From assembly GCA_036557265.1 (NCBI GenBank), contig DATBHU010000095.1:1-57923 (forward strand): 57,923 bases of DNA. The letters run 5' to 3'. Origin of the DNA: Polyangia bacterium. GTDB lineage: Bacteria; Myxococcota_A; Polyangia; Fen-1088. Positions within the stretch are counted from its first letter, which is position 1, and each line of letters opens with the position of its first letter. Positions 15,077 through 23,753 of the stretch are shown in pieces. The notes beneath the pieces were generated by a model. That model was not told where the DNA came from and did no database searches. It was given only the letters and a program-made list of their open reading frames with translations. The position numbers and the translations under genes are program-made.

Positions 15077-17011
15077 CTACTTTCCCAGAGCGTCGGACTT
15101 CACCAGCAGCTGCAGGTCCTGCTTGCCGCTGACCAGCTGCTTCATCGGGTAGACCGTGCGATCGGCGACCGCGTATGAATCGGCGCGCCGGGTCTGATTG
15201 GACGGGCGCAGCGTGTCCATCGCCGACGCCGGCAGCCCCTGGATCAGCCGCCCGCGCAGCGACGCGCCCGCGTCCGGCGTCTGCAGCGTCACCACGATGG
15301 TCGACGCCGCGTAGTACTTGCGCATGTTGTCGATGTAGACGCGCAGCGACTCCGCCTGCGGCACCTCGGGGCGAACCAGCGAGCCCGACGAGACCTCGAG
15401 CTTGACCACGTCGCCGGCGACGGTGCGCGGGATGACGACCGGAACCGTCTCGACGTACTCGGGCCCGGCGTACGGCCGCAGCGTCACCCGCAGCGGCACC
15501 GTGTCGCCCGCGTGCACCTCTTGCGCGGGCAGCGCCACGCCGACGATGTCGGCGACGTCGCGCCGGTACTCGACGCGCACGTCGACGTCGATGCGGTCGA
15601 GCACGATCGGCTCGAACGGGTTGAACATCAGCTCGCCCATCGCGCGCAGCCCGCGCGACATCGACAGCGCGCGGCTGGAGACGCCCTCGGGCGAGAAGAT
15701 CTGGTCGCGCAGCTCCAGCGGCGAGTAGCCCTTCATCCCGACCTTCGACGTCACCGTGACGACCATGTCGGTGACGTCCGGCTCGGCGTCGGCGATCGCG
15801 TTGCCGACCACCAGCGACGTCAGCATCGGCGTCAGGCGGCGGTTGCGCGCCACCTCGGCGTGGAAGTGGCGCGGCTCTACGCCGGGCCCGCTGACGCGCA
15901 CGTCGACCGGCAGCATCGTGCTGCGCGAGTCGAGATCGCCGATGATGCACGACTGCCGATCCTGCACCAGCGTGCCGACCTCATTCAGCGGCGAGGACAT
16001 CTTGAAGGACTGCGCCAGGCTCGGCATGAACGCGTGGATGGTGGCGTCGACCAGCGGCAGGTAGACCTCGCCGATGCCGAACAGCGGATGCCCGAACGCC
16101 AGCACGCTGCGCCCGTCGACGTAGGTGACCGTTCCGGTCGCGACGGTGCTCATGTCGCCGCGCACCAGCTCGACGCCGATCGCCGAACCCGGCTCGACGT
16201 GGCCGGCGGCTGCCGGACCCGGCTTGCGCCCGCCGCCAGCCTGCAGCGGCACCAGCCCGGTCGGGGCCATCGCGTCGCCCAGCTCGGCGACCGTGCGGGC
16301 GGTGAAACCGGCCACCGACAGCGGCACCGACGCGCGCAGCAGGCGCGGCTCGCCGGCCGGCGTCGTCGGCGCCGTGGGCGGCAGCCCCAGCCCGCGCGCC
16401 AGCGCCGCCGGGCCGTCGCTCTCGGGCGACAGCGACGCGTGCGGCACGCCCGCGTTCACGAAGTGGCCGCCGCCGCCCTTGCCCGACGTGTCGGGCGCCG
16501 ACCAACCGTCGGCGAGCACTTCCTTGCCGGACCGGCGCGGGCGCTGGCGCTCGGACAGCATCGTCTCGATCGGCGTCACGCCGCCCAGCGGCTCCTTCGC
16601 GAAGCTCCACGCGTAGGCGACGGCACCCACCAGCTTGCCGTCGATGTAGACGGGGCTGCCGCTCATGCCGGCGACGATGCCGCTGTGCTCGACGCGCGGA
16701 TCCTCCGCGCGGATCAAGATGACGTCCTGTTTGGGCAGGAAGTTGCGCAGCACCGAGACGACGCGGACCTTGAACGGCTCCGGCTTGGTGCCCTGGAAGA
16801 CGGTCAGCGCCTCGCCGACCATGCCGGCCTTGACGGCCGAAAGCGGCATGATCGCCGGCGGCGGGCCGGAGGGGACGATGGCGCGCAGGCGCACACCGGC
16901 GCCGCCGGCGCCGGACGTCGAGACGGTGGTGGCCGGCGCCGCGTGGGACGACCCCGCCGCCAGCAACGACAAGAAAAGCGCCGTCAGAAGGGAAAAACCA
17001 GCGCGCCGCAC
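15077..17011 (-). CDS. secreted S55 (SpoIVB-like) serine peptidase family protein
   Basis: IVAGMSGSPVYIDGKLVGAVAYAW matches the SpoIVB catalytic-serine context. Signal peptide FSLLTALFLSLLAAGSSHA. The GTG start at 17011 was chosen, so the start is uncertain. Confidence 0.7.
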   Translation of the reverse strand: MRRAGFSLLTALFLSLLAAGSSHAAPATTVSTSGAGGAGVRLRAIVPSGPPPAIMPLSAVKAGMVGEALTVFQGTKPEPFKVRVVSVLRNFLPKQDVILIRAEDPRVEHSGIVAGMSGSPVYIDGKLVGAVAYAWSFAKEPLGGVTPIETMLSERQRPRRSGKEVLADGWSAPDTSGKGGGGHFVNAGVPHASLSPESDGPAALARGLGLPPTAPTTPAGEPRLLRASVPLSVAGFTARTVAELGDAMAPTGLVPLQAGGGRKPGPAAAGHVEPGSAIGVELVRGDMSTVATGTVTYVDGRSVLAFGHPLFGIGEVYLPLVDATIHAFMPSLAQSFKMSSPLNEVGTLVQDRQSCIIGDLDSRSTMLPVDVRVSGPGVEPRHFHAEVARNRRLTPMLTSLVVGNAIADAEPDVTDMVVTVTSKVGMKGYSPLELRDQIFSPEGVSSRALSMSRGLRAMGELMFNPFEPIVLDRIDVDVRVEYRRDVADIVGVALPAQEVHAGDTVPLRVTLRPYAGPEYVETVPVVIPRTVAGDVVKLEVSSGSLVRPEVPQAESLRVYIDNMRKYYAASTIVVTLQTPDAGASLRGRLIQGLPASAMDTLRPSNQTRRADSYAVADRTVYPMKQLVSGKQDLQLLVKSDALGK

Positions 17012-17184
17012 GAAGCCTTGAGCGTAGGGGATGGGTCTGACGCCGTCAACGCGGCCCCCCGGGGTCTTTTCCACATTGTCCACATTGCCGGCTTCCGGCC
17101 GGAGGTTGCGCTGAAAAGCCCAGGGTGGGGAGGGGTCGCACACTTGCTTGACAGCGATACGATGGGCCGACCATCATCGGACGT

Positions 17185-17433
17185 ATGAAGTGGTTCCTGT
17201 CCGTCTGCGCGTTGCTCGCTGGCATAGGCATCATGGCGGCCAGCTGCGGGCCCCAACAGGCTTTTTGCCCGACCGGCAACCCCGATCCGACCGACCTCAC
17301 CTGCCACAGCAACAACGACGCGGTGAGCACGGGCGGCACGTCGGGCGGTGGGCTGTGCGACGGTGCCGCCGAGCACGTCTGCACCGTCGGCGATGCGAGC
17401 GTCCACCAGTGCACGCCCTGCGGCAGCCCCTAG
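17185..17433 (+). CDS. small Cys-rich putative lipoprotein (82 aa)
   Basis: Signal peptide MKWFLSVCALLAGIGIMAAS-C with a lipobox-like AASC, then six further Cys in a ~60-aa mature part. Confidence 0.5.
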   Translation: MKWFLSVCALLAGIGIMAASCGPQQAFCPTGNPDPTDLTCHSNNDAVSTGGTSGGGLCDGAAEHVCTVGDASVHQCTPCGSP

Positions 17434-17480
17434 GCGCGGCGACTGTCGACCGCGCTCGCGGCGCCAAGCGTCCCGGGAGC

Positions 17481-17490
17481 CCTGACAGCT
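17481..17490. repeat. left copy of the 10-bp direct repeat CCTGACAGCT flanking the low-GC insert
   Basis: The identical 10-mer recurs at 19569..19578. Both copies sit at GC-composition breakpoints. Confidence 0.6.
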
Positions 17491-17964
17491 TTGCCCGGGG
17501 CGGGCCGAAGTTTGACAACTTTGGGAGTTTCGGACTTTGCTCGGAGCCGCGCACGCGCAACGCGACCGGGTCGAGGTACAGGTCTTACGAGGTTGAGGTC
17601 GACGAGCAACTGCTTGCGCCGCGTCTCCTACTGGCCGCACATTGTGGCGGCCACAACGGCCCCGTAGATCGTCGCGGTTCCCCTGCCGATAGGTACCTCG
17701 TCGGCGATCGCCTCCTCGAGGGCCACTTCTCGGTGCGCGTCGTCGCCCGTTAATTTCCGCGACGGACGGAGACGCGACCGCCCACGCCAGGTGGCTCCTC
17801 AAGGCCGCCAGAGAATGGTCCAGTCTTGCCGCATTGACCGGCTCACAACGTCGAACCGCCGGCTCTGCCGGGGCCACAGAATTTCTGTCTGGTCAGACTG
17901 CGGCGCGGCGTTGGTCCGCGCCGGTCCTCCCTTGGTGTGCTGGAGCTGGTCGTGCGGACCGACT

Positions 17965-18519
17965 TTAGTAAGCGTAAAGGGTAGTCACCCAAGATGCTCC
18001 GCCACCGGTGTCTCTCGGGACGTTACAGAGGACCCCGTAGTTAGCGGTAACGTATTGGACGTTGTTCGAACCGAGCTCGGTGCTGTTCCACTGGATATTT
18101 TGTGCACCTACGAAGGCCGTCGTCGGATCGACGCTGCCCCCCGCGAGGGAGTAAGTGTATTTTAGAATCGAGTAGGAAACGGTGCCGCCCTGGTATCCCT
18201 GGTAGACCTGGCACCAGAAATAGGCGCTGTCGGTTAGGTCCTTGTACTCGAGGACAACATTGGTGCGACTCACTGAGCTCGCCGACTGCGTACCGAATGC
18301 CAATGGACACATGAAGATTGCATCTTTGGTCGTCGACGGATTCTGGGCGCCATTGACCAGGTGGTAGATTGGGTTGCGGTGGTCCACATCGCCTGGATCA
18401 TCATTCTGCGGCTCGCACGCGCTGCCCGCGCCCGAGGTGTAAGTCGCATAGCTCGTATGACCCGCACAGACGAGGAGCCAGGCGACGAGAATCGAACACG
18501 CGGTTCCGGATCTTTTCAT
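17965..18519 (-). CDS. secreted hypothetical protein (184 aa, beta-rich, 4 Cys in the mature part)
   Basis: Strong RBS (GGAGGAAACC before ATG 18519). Signal peptide MKRSGTACSILVAWLLVCAGH. No recognisable family. Confidence 0.6.
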   Translation of the reverse strand: MKRSGTACSILVAWLLVCAGHTSYATYTSGAGSACEPQNDDPGDVDHRNPIYHLVNGAQNPSTTKDAIFMCPLAFGTQSASSVSRTNVVLEYKDLTDSAYFWCQVYQGYQGGTVSYSILKYTYSLAGGSVDPTTAFVGAQNIQWNSTELGSNNVQYVTANYGVLCNVPRDTGGGASWVTTLYAY

Positions 18520-18678
18520 GGTTTCCTCCGTGCGCCAGTCAGACCGGCGGGTTGAAATGAATGAAAGCCTCAAAGGCTAAGGAGCAGCAGTGAACTGTGC
18601 CGGCCGGAGCCGTGTACCGTCGCCAGTGCCGGATGCGGTAGTCCACCTCGTCCGGATCCGCGGAGGCGAGCATGACTC

Positions 18679-19446
18679 CTACTGCGACTGATTCGGTGTC
18701 GAGGATTTCCGATCCGGTTCCCGGTATAGGATGACGATGGTCTGGACTTGGCCCGACGGGGACCGCATCGGGCCCGATCGAAGTTTGGGACCCTTCCAAA
18801 GCAGAAAATCTTCGGAGCGAATGATTGCGCTGCCTGCGGCGTCCGCTGCTGCTGCGTCCTTGCTAGTTACGGTTACCGCGCAGCCATTTGCGAAGCAGCT
18901 AAAATCGTTGAAGTCAGCTCCAACCAATGCGGGCAATCGCTTCAGAGCCTCGACATGATTCAATGCATTCGAGGTCAGCGTGGAACTCGCTGGACCGGAT
19001 TTCTCCAGCGCGCTCAGCTCATGCTTCATCTGGAGTCTAACTACCTCTTCGGGTGTCAGACTTGGGTCAGTGAGATACGGTTGGTCAGAAGGCGAATCAA
19101 GGGCTGCCGGCTCATTCTGAACTTGCTCGTCTGCAGAAGCGCTGGGCCGGATAGGCAAGGTCAAGTGGAGATGGTCCTGTTGGACCGGCGGTGAATCATC
19201 GGGACGGCTCTCACTCGACGCAGGCGAGGCATGCACTCTCGAGCTTTCGCGCACGAGGAAATACCATACAGATCCCGCTGTCCCGACGGTGATCCCGAGG
19301 AGCAGCGTCAGCCCGACAACAATGCCGTTAGTGCGTAGACCACCCTGTCGACGCCGGTGGGTCTCCGGCGGACGCGAAGCGCTCGACACAGAATACATCG
19401 TCTGCTCGCCGGATCTGGTCGCGTTTATCAACAGGGTGGGAGGCAT
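18679..19446 (-). CDS. single-pass membrane hypothetical protein (alternative start at 19398)
   Basis: TM helix GIVVGLTLLLGITVGTAGSVWYFLV, then a Ser/Pro/Asp-rich linker and a ~110-aa C-terminal domain. The longer track start at 19638 would overlap argC. Confidence 0.45.
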   Translation of the reverse strand: MPPTLLINATRSGEQTMYSVSSASRPPETHRRRQGGLRTNGIVVGLTLLLGITVGTAGSVWYFLVRESSRVHASPASSESRPDDSPPVQQDHLHLTLPIRPSASADEQVQNEPAALDSPSDQPYLTDPSLTPEEVVRLQMKHELSALEKSGPASSTLTSNALNHVEALKRLPALVGADFNDFSCFANGCAVTVTSKDAAAADAAGSAIIRSEDFLLWKGPKLRSGPMRSPSGQVQTIVILYREPDRKSSTPNQSQ

Positions 19447-19568
19447 AGGACTCTCGTTGTTCGCGCCGGAGCGGCGCCCTTGTCGTTTCGCTACGTGATC
19501 CAGCGAGGCGGCACAGTAGGTGGATGCTGCTCGAACGTCCATACACAGGGCACTGGATTTCTCGGCCG

Positions 19569-19578
19569 CCTGACAGCT
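19569..19578. repeat. right copy of the 10-bp direct repeat CCTGACAGCT
   Basis: Identical to 17481..17490. Confidence 0.6.
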
Positions 19579-19596
19579 CCGAGGTGTGGGTAGAAT
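19570..19596 (+). promoter_or_regulatory. candidate argC promoter (CTGACA-N15-TAGAAT) 8 nt upstream of the ATG, a possible leaderless arrangement
   Basis: The -10-like TAGAAT is at 19591-19596 and the ATG at 19604, with no SD between them. The -35-like hexamer lies inside the direct repeat, and the spacing is short. Confidence 0.3.
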
Positions 19597-19603
19597 AGCG
19601 ATA

Positions 19604-20649
<1,046 letters not shown>

Positions 20650-20659
<10 letters not shown>

Positions 20660-21483
20660 GCGCCCCCGGCGTGACGTCCCGTCCGATCGACGCGGTCATC
20701 AAGCTGGGGGGCGACGTGCTGGAGGGGAAGGCGCTGGTGGACGTCGCGGCGGAGATCGCGCGCGCGCGCGCCGGGCGGCGGCTGCTGGTCGTGCACGGGG
20801 GCGGGCCGCAGGCGACCGCGCTGGCGCGGCGGCTGGGCGTCGAGGCGAACATCGTGGGCGGCCGCCGCATCACCGACGACCCGATGCTCGACATCATGAA
20901 GATGGTGGTGGCGGGGCGGCTCAACGTCGACCTGGTGGCGGCGCTGCGCGCCGACGGCGTCCCGGCGTTCGGCGTCTCGGGCGCCAGCGGCGTGATCCGC
21001 GCCCACCGCCGTCCCCCGCGCGTCGTCAGCGGCGCGGGCGACGCGCCCATCGACTTCGGCCTGGTGGGCGACATCGACGGCTTCGACCTGGAGCTGCTCG
21101 ACGCGCTGGACGCGCGCGACGCGCTGCCGGTGCTCGCCTGCCTGGGCGCCGACACCAGCGGCACGGTGCTGAACATCAACGCCGACGTCGTCGCCAGCCA
21201 GCTGGCGGGCGCCGTGCGGGCGGGCGCGCTGGTCGCCTGCACGGCCGTGGGCGGCGTGCGCCGCGACAAGGACGATCCGACGACCCGGCTCGGGCAGCTG
21301 ACCGTCGCCGAGGCCAAGGCGGCCATCGCGGACGGCACGGTACAGGGCGGGATGATCCCGAAGCTGGAAGAGGCGTTCGCGCCGCTGGCGGCGGGGGTGG
21401 CGGCCGTGCACATCGTCGCCCCGTCCGAGATCGCGACGTCGCTGCTGGCGCCCGGCAGCGTCGGCACGCTGCTGGTCCCCTGA
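20650..21483 (+). CDS. argB: acetylglutamate kinase
   Basis: IKLGG..L, VVHGGGPQ, NINADVVA and GGMIPKLE motifs. It overlaps argC by 10 nt. Confidence 0.9.
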
Positions 21484-21488
21484 ACGCG

Positions 21489-21920
21489 TCAGGCGAGCGT
21501 GAGCTGCCGGAGACGCTCCTTGGCGGCGGCGCCGGCGAGGCCGCGATCGGCGCAGACGAAGCATGTCGCCAATCGCGTCTCGCGCGCCCAGCGCAACGCG
21601 GACGCGAGCTGGACGGCATCGTAAGCGCGGAGAGGATGGCGTTCCACCAGATCGGCCGCCAACTGAATGGTCGGCGGCCTTGGCTCGACGGTCGTCAAGA
21701 GGGCCAGGTCTCCCTCGAACCGGGCCAGCAGGCGGCGCGCGTCGGTTGCGGAGAGATCACCCGCGCGGGACCGTTTCCAGATGGCGGCCGGCAGTTCGAC
21801 GGCCGTCAGTCGGGAGATGACGAGCTGGCGCTGGCGTCGTACCAGCGCCTGGATCCGTTCACTCCCCGGCTCCCGCACGTAACGCTTGACCAGCGCGCTC
21901 GCGTCGAGGAAGTAGGTCAA
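21489..21920 (-). CDS. vapC: PIN-domain VapC-type toxin
   Basis: MTYFLDASALVKRY (first acidic PIN residue) ... AYDAVQLASAL. Its ATG overlaps the antitoxin stop. Confidence 0.8.
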   Translation of the reverse strand: MTYFLDASALVKRYVREPGSERIQALVRRQRQLVISRLTAVELPAAIWKRSRAGDLSATDARRLLARFEGDLALLTTVEPRPPTIQLAADLVERHPLRAYDAVQLASALRWARETRLATCFVCADRGLAGAAAKERLRQLTLA

Positions 21921-22189
21921 TCGCGGTCGTCCAGGATGGTCTTGGCGACGGCGCGTCCGCGGACACGCATCGGCTCGATCTCCGTCAGCCCGGAGCCTCG
22001 AGCCGCCGTCACTTCACCCAGCTCGACCAGCCGTGCCAGCCGATCCTTGGCCCGCATCTTGCCGCGCCCGAGCGGCCCGAGCTCTGCGACGGGGCGTCCG
22101 CGATCGGTGACCAGGATCCGTTCCCCTTGACGGGCGCGGCGCAGATAAGCGCTCAGCCGATTCTTGAGATCGCGAACGGCGACGGCCAC
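21917..22189 (-). CDS. vapB: Phd/YefM-type antitoxin (VapB)
   Basis: VAVAVRDLKNRLSAYLRRARQGERILVTDRGRPVAEL is the typical Phd/YefM N-terminus. GTG at 22189 is preferred over the track ATG at 22225. Confidence 0.7.
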   Translation of the reverse strand: MAVAVRDLKNRLSAYLRRARQGERILVTDRGRPVAELGPLGRGKMRAKDRLARLVELGEVTAARGSGLTEIEPMRVRGRAVAKTILDDRD

Positions 22190-22192
22190 GTA

Positions 22193-22215
22193 AATGTAGC
22201 TACCATGGCCACATT
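22193..22215. promoter_or_regulatory. cluster of palindromes immediately upstream of vapB (candidate TA operator/promoter)
   Basis: AATGTAGCTACCATGGCCACATT contains the perfect palindromes GTAGCTAC, CCATGG and TGGCCA, flanked by AATGT/ACATT. Confidence 0.3.
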
Positions 22216-22305
22216 GGGGTCGCAACCCGCGCCGCGCCGGGGCGGAGGGGCGGCAGCCGTCCGTTTTTGGCGCTCCGGGCGATATCGGCGTCTAATCGCA
22301 GGACC

Positions 22306-22902
22306 ATGGGGTGGCTCAAGACGCACGTCCGCAACAAGCTGGTTGCGGGGACGCTGGCCGCCATCCCGGTGGCCGTGACGATCTTCATCCTCTGGTACGT
22401 CGACAGCAAGGCGCGCGAGATCCTGCACGTGCGCACGCCCGTGGTCGGCATCGCGCTCACCATCGCCGTCATCTACGTGCTGGGCGTGTTCGTCACCAGC
22501 GTCGTCGGCCAGTTCATGCTGCGCGCCTTCGACAACGTGATCCGGCGCGTGCCCGGGCTGCGCGATCTCTACCGCTCGTGGAAGCAGGTGGCGCTGACCG
22601 ACACGCAGGACGGCATCTTCGCGCACGTCGTGCTGGTGCCCGACGACGCCGGGCGCGGCTGCGTCCTCGGCTTCACCAGCGGGCACGCCATCGAGGGCGA
22701 TCCGGGACTGTCGTGCGTGTTCGTGCCCGGGTCGCCCAACCCGACCACCGGGCGCCTCTACTTCGTGCCGACCACGCGCTGCATCCGCCTGGAGATCTCC
22801 CCGCAGGACGCGCTCAAGCTGATCATCTCGGGCGGCAACTACGTCCCCGCCGCCGTCGGCAAGGGGACCGTCGGCCGCTACCCGCTGCCCGGACAGTGGT
22901 AG
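22306..22902 (+). CDS. DUF502 family membrane protein
   Basis: Two N-terminal TM helices and the PGSPNPTTG motif. Start at M14 of the track ORF. Confidence 0.7.
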   Translation: MGWLKTHVRNKLVAGTLAAIPVAVTIFILWYVDSKAREILHVRTPVVGIALTIAVIYVLGVFVTSVVGQFMLRAFDNVIRRVPGLRDLYRSWKQVALTDTQDGIFAHVVLVPDDAGRGCVLGFTSGHAIEGDPGLSCVFVPGSPNPTTGRLYFVPTTRCIRLEISPQDALKLIISGGNYVPAAVGKGTVGRYPLPGQW

Positions 22903-22915
22903 CGCCGGCGGCTGC

Positions 22916-23698
22916 TCATTTGTAGGGCAGCACGACGATCTCGGCGGCCGGGCGCGGCTTCATCGGCGACAGCGCGATGGTGTGGGCGGTCTCGCGGCGC
23001 ACGTTCGACTTGCCGTCGAGGAACAGCGCCAGCGGCTCCAGCTCCTTGATCGTCGACGCGTCCGTCTTGTAGTGCATCGGGATCACCATGATGCGCGGCC
23101 GCAGCTGCTCGACCACGCGCGTCGCCTTCAGCCCGTCGATGGTGACCTTGCCGCCCACCGGGACCAGCAGGACGTCGACGGCGCCGATCGCCGCCAGCTG
23201 ATCGTCGTTCAGCACGTGGCCGAGGTCGCCCAGGTGCGCGATGCGCACGCCGCCCACCTCGAAGATGAACACCGTGTCGAGGCCGCGCGCGGCGCCGCGC
23301 TGGTCGTCGTGGTAGACGCCGACGCTCCGGATCGACACGTCCTTCAGCTTCTCGTCGACGCGCGCCCAGCCCTTCTTGTCGGCGGTCAGGCCGCGGATGA
23401 CGCGCGGCTTGCCGGAGACGAAGCCGACGTTGTTGTGGTCGCTGTGCTCGTGGCTGATGGTGACGATGTCCGCCTTGAAGCCCGGCGGCAGGTCGTAGCC
23501 GATCCCCTTCGGGATCGGATCCATGAGGATGCGCGTCCCGGCGGCGGTCTCGAGCAGGAAGCAAGACTGCCCGTACCAGGTCAGCTTGCCGGCGGGCGGC
23601 GCCGCGTGCGCGCGCGCCGGCAGGGCCAGCTGGGCGGCGGCGGCGACGGCGGCGGCGACGGCGCAGAGCCGAGCCGCGCGGCGAACGGAGGGGCGCAT
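22916..23698 (-). CDS. secreted MBL-fold metal-dependent hydrolase (UPF0173-like)
   Basis: Signal peptide, then LTWYGQSCFLLE, SHEHSDH and AHLGDLGH. Confidence 0.7.
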   Translation of the reverse strand: MRPSVRRAARLCAVAAAVAAAAQLALPARAHAAPPAGKLTWYGQSCFLLETAAGTRILMDPIPKGIGYDLPPGFKADIVTISHEHSDHNNVGFVSGKPRVIRGLTADKKGWARVDEKLKDVSIRSVGVYHDDQRGAARGLDTVFIFEVGGVRIAHLGDLGHVLNDDQLAAIGAVDVLLVPVGGKVTIDGLKATRVVEQLRPRIMVIPMHYKTDASTIKELEPLALFLDGKSNVRRETAHTIALSPMKPRPAAEIVVLPYK

Positions 23699-23753
23699 GG
23701 CGCGGCATGATAGCGCCGCATCGCCGGGCGCGCGCGGTATGGTTCTCGTCGGG

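Larger units (their letters stand above)
17491..19568. other. ~2.1-kb low-GC insert (putative horizontally acquired islet) carrying two orphan genes
   Basis: By eye, local GC is roughly 50-58% against about 70% in the flanks. The insert is bounded by a 10-bp direct repeat. No integrase or transposase is present. Confidence 0.5.

Noticed and set aside
17626-17797. An open frame on the minus strand (…LTGDDAHREVALEEAIADEVPIGRGTATIYGAVVAATMCGQ*) in the non-coding left part of the low-GC insert, considered as a gene remnant.
   Set aside because: It has no start codon and no recognisable family. It is only ~55 codons between stops. It cannot be distinguished from chance without a database search.
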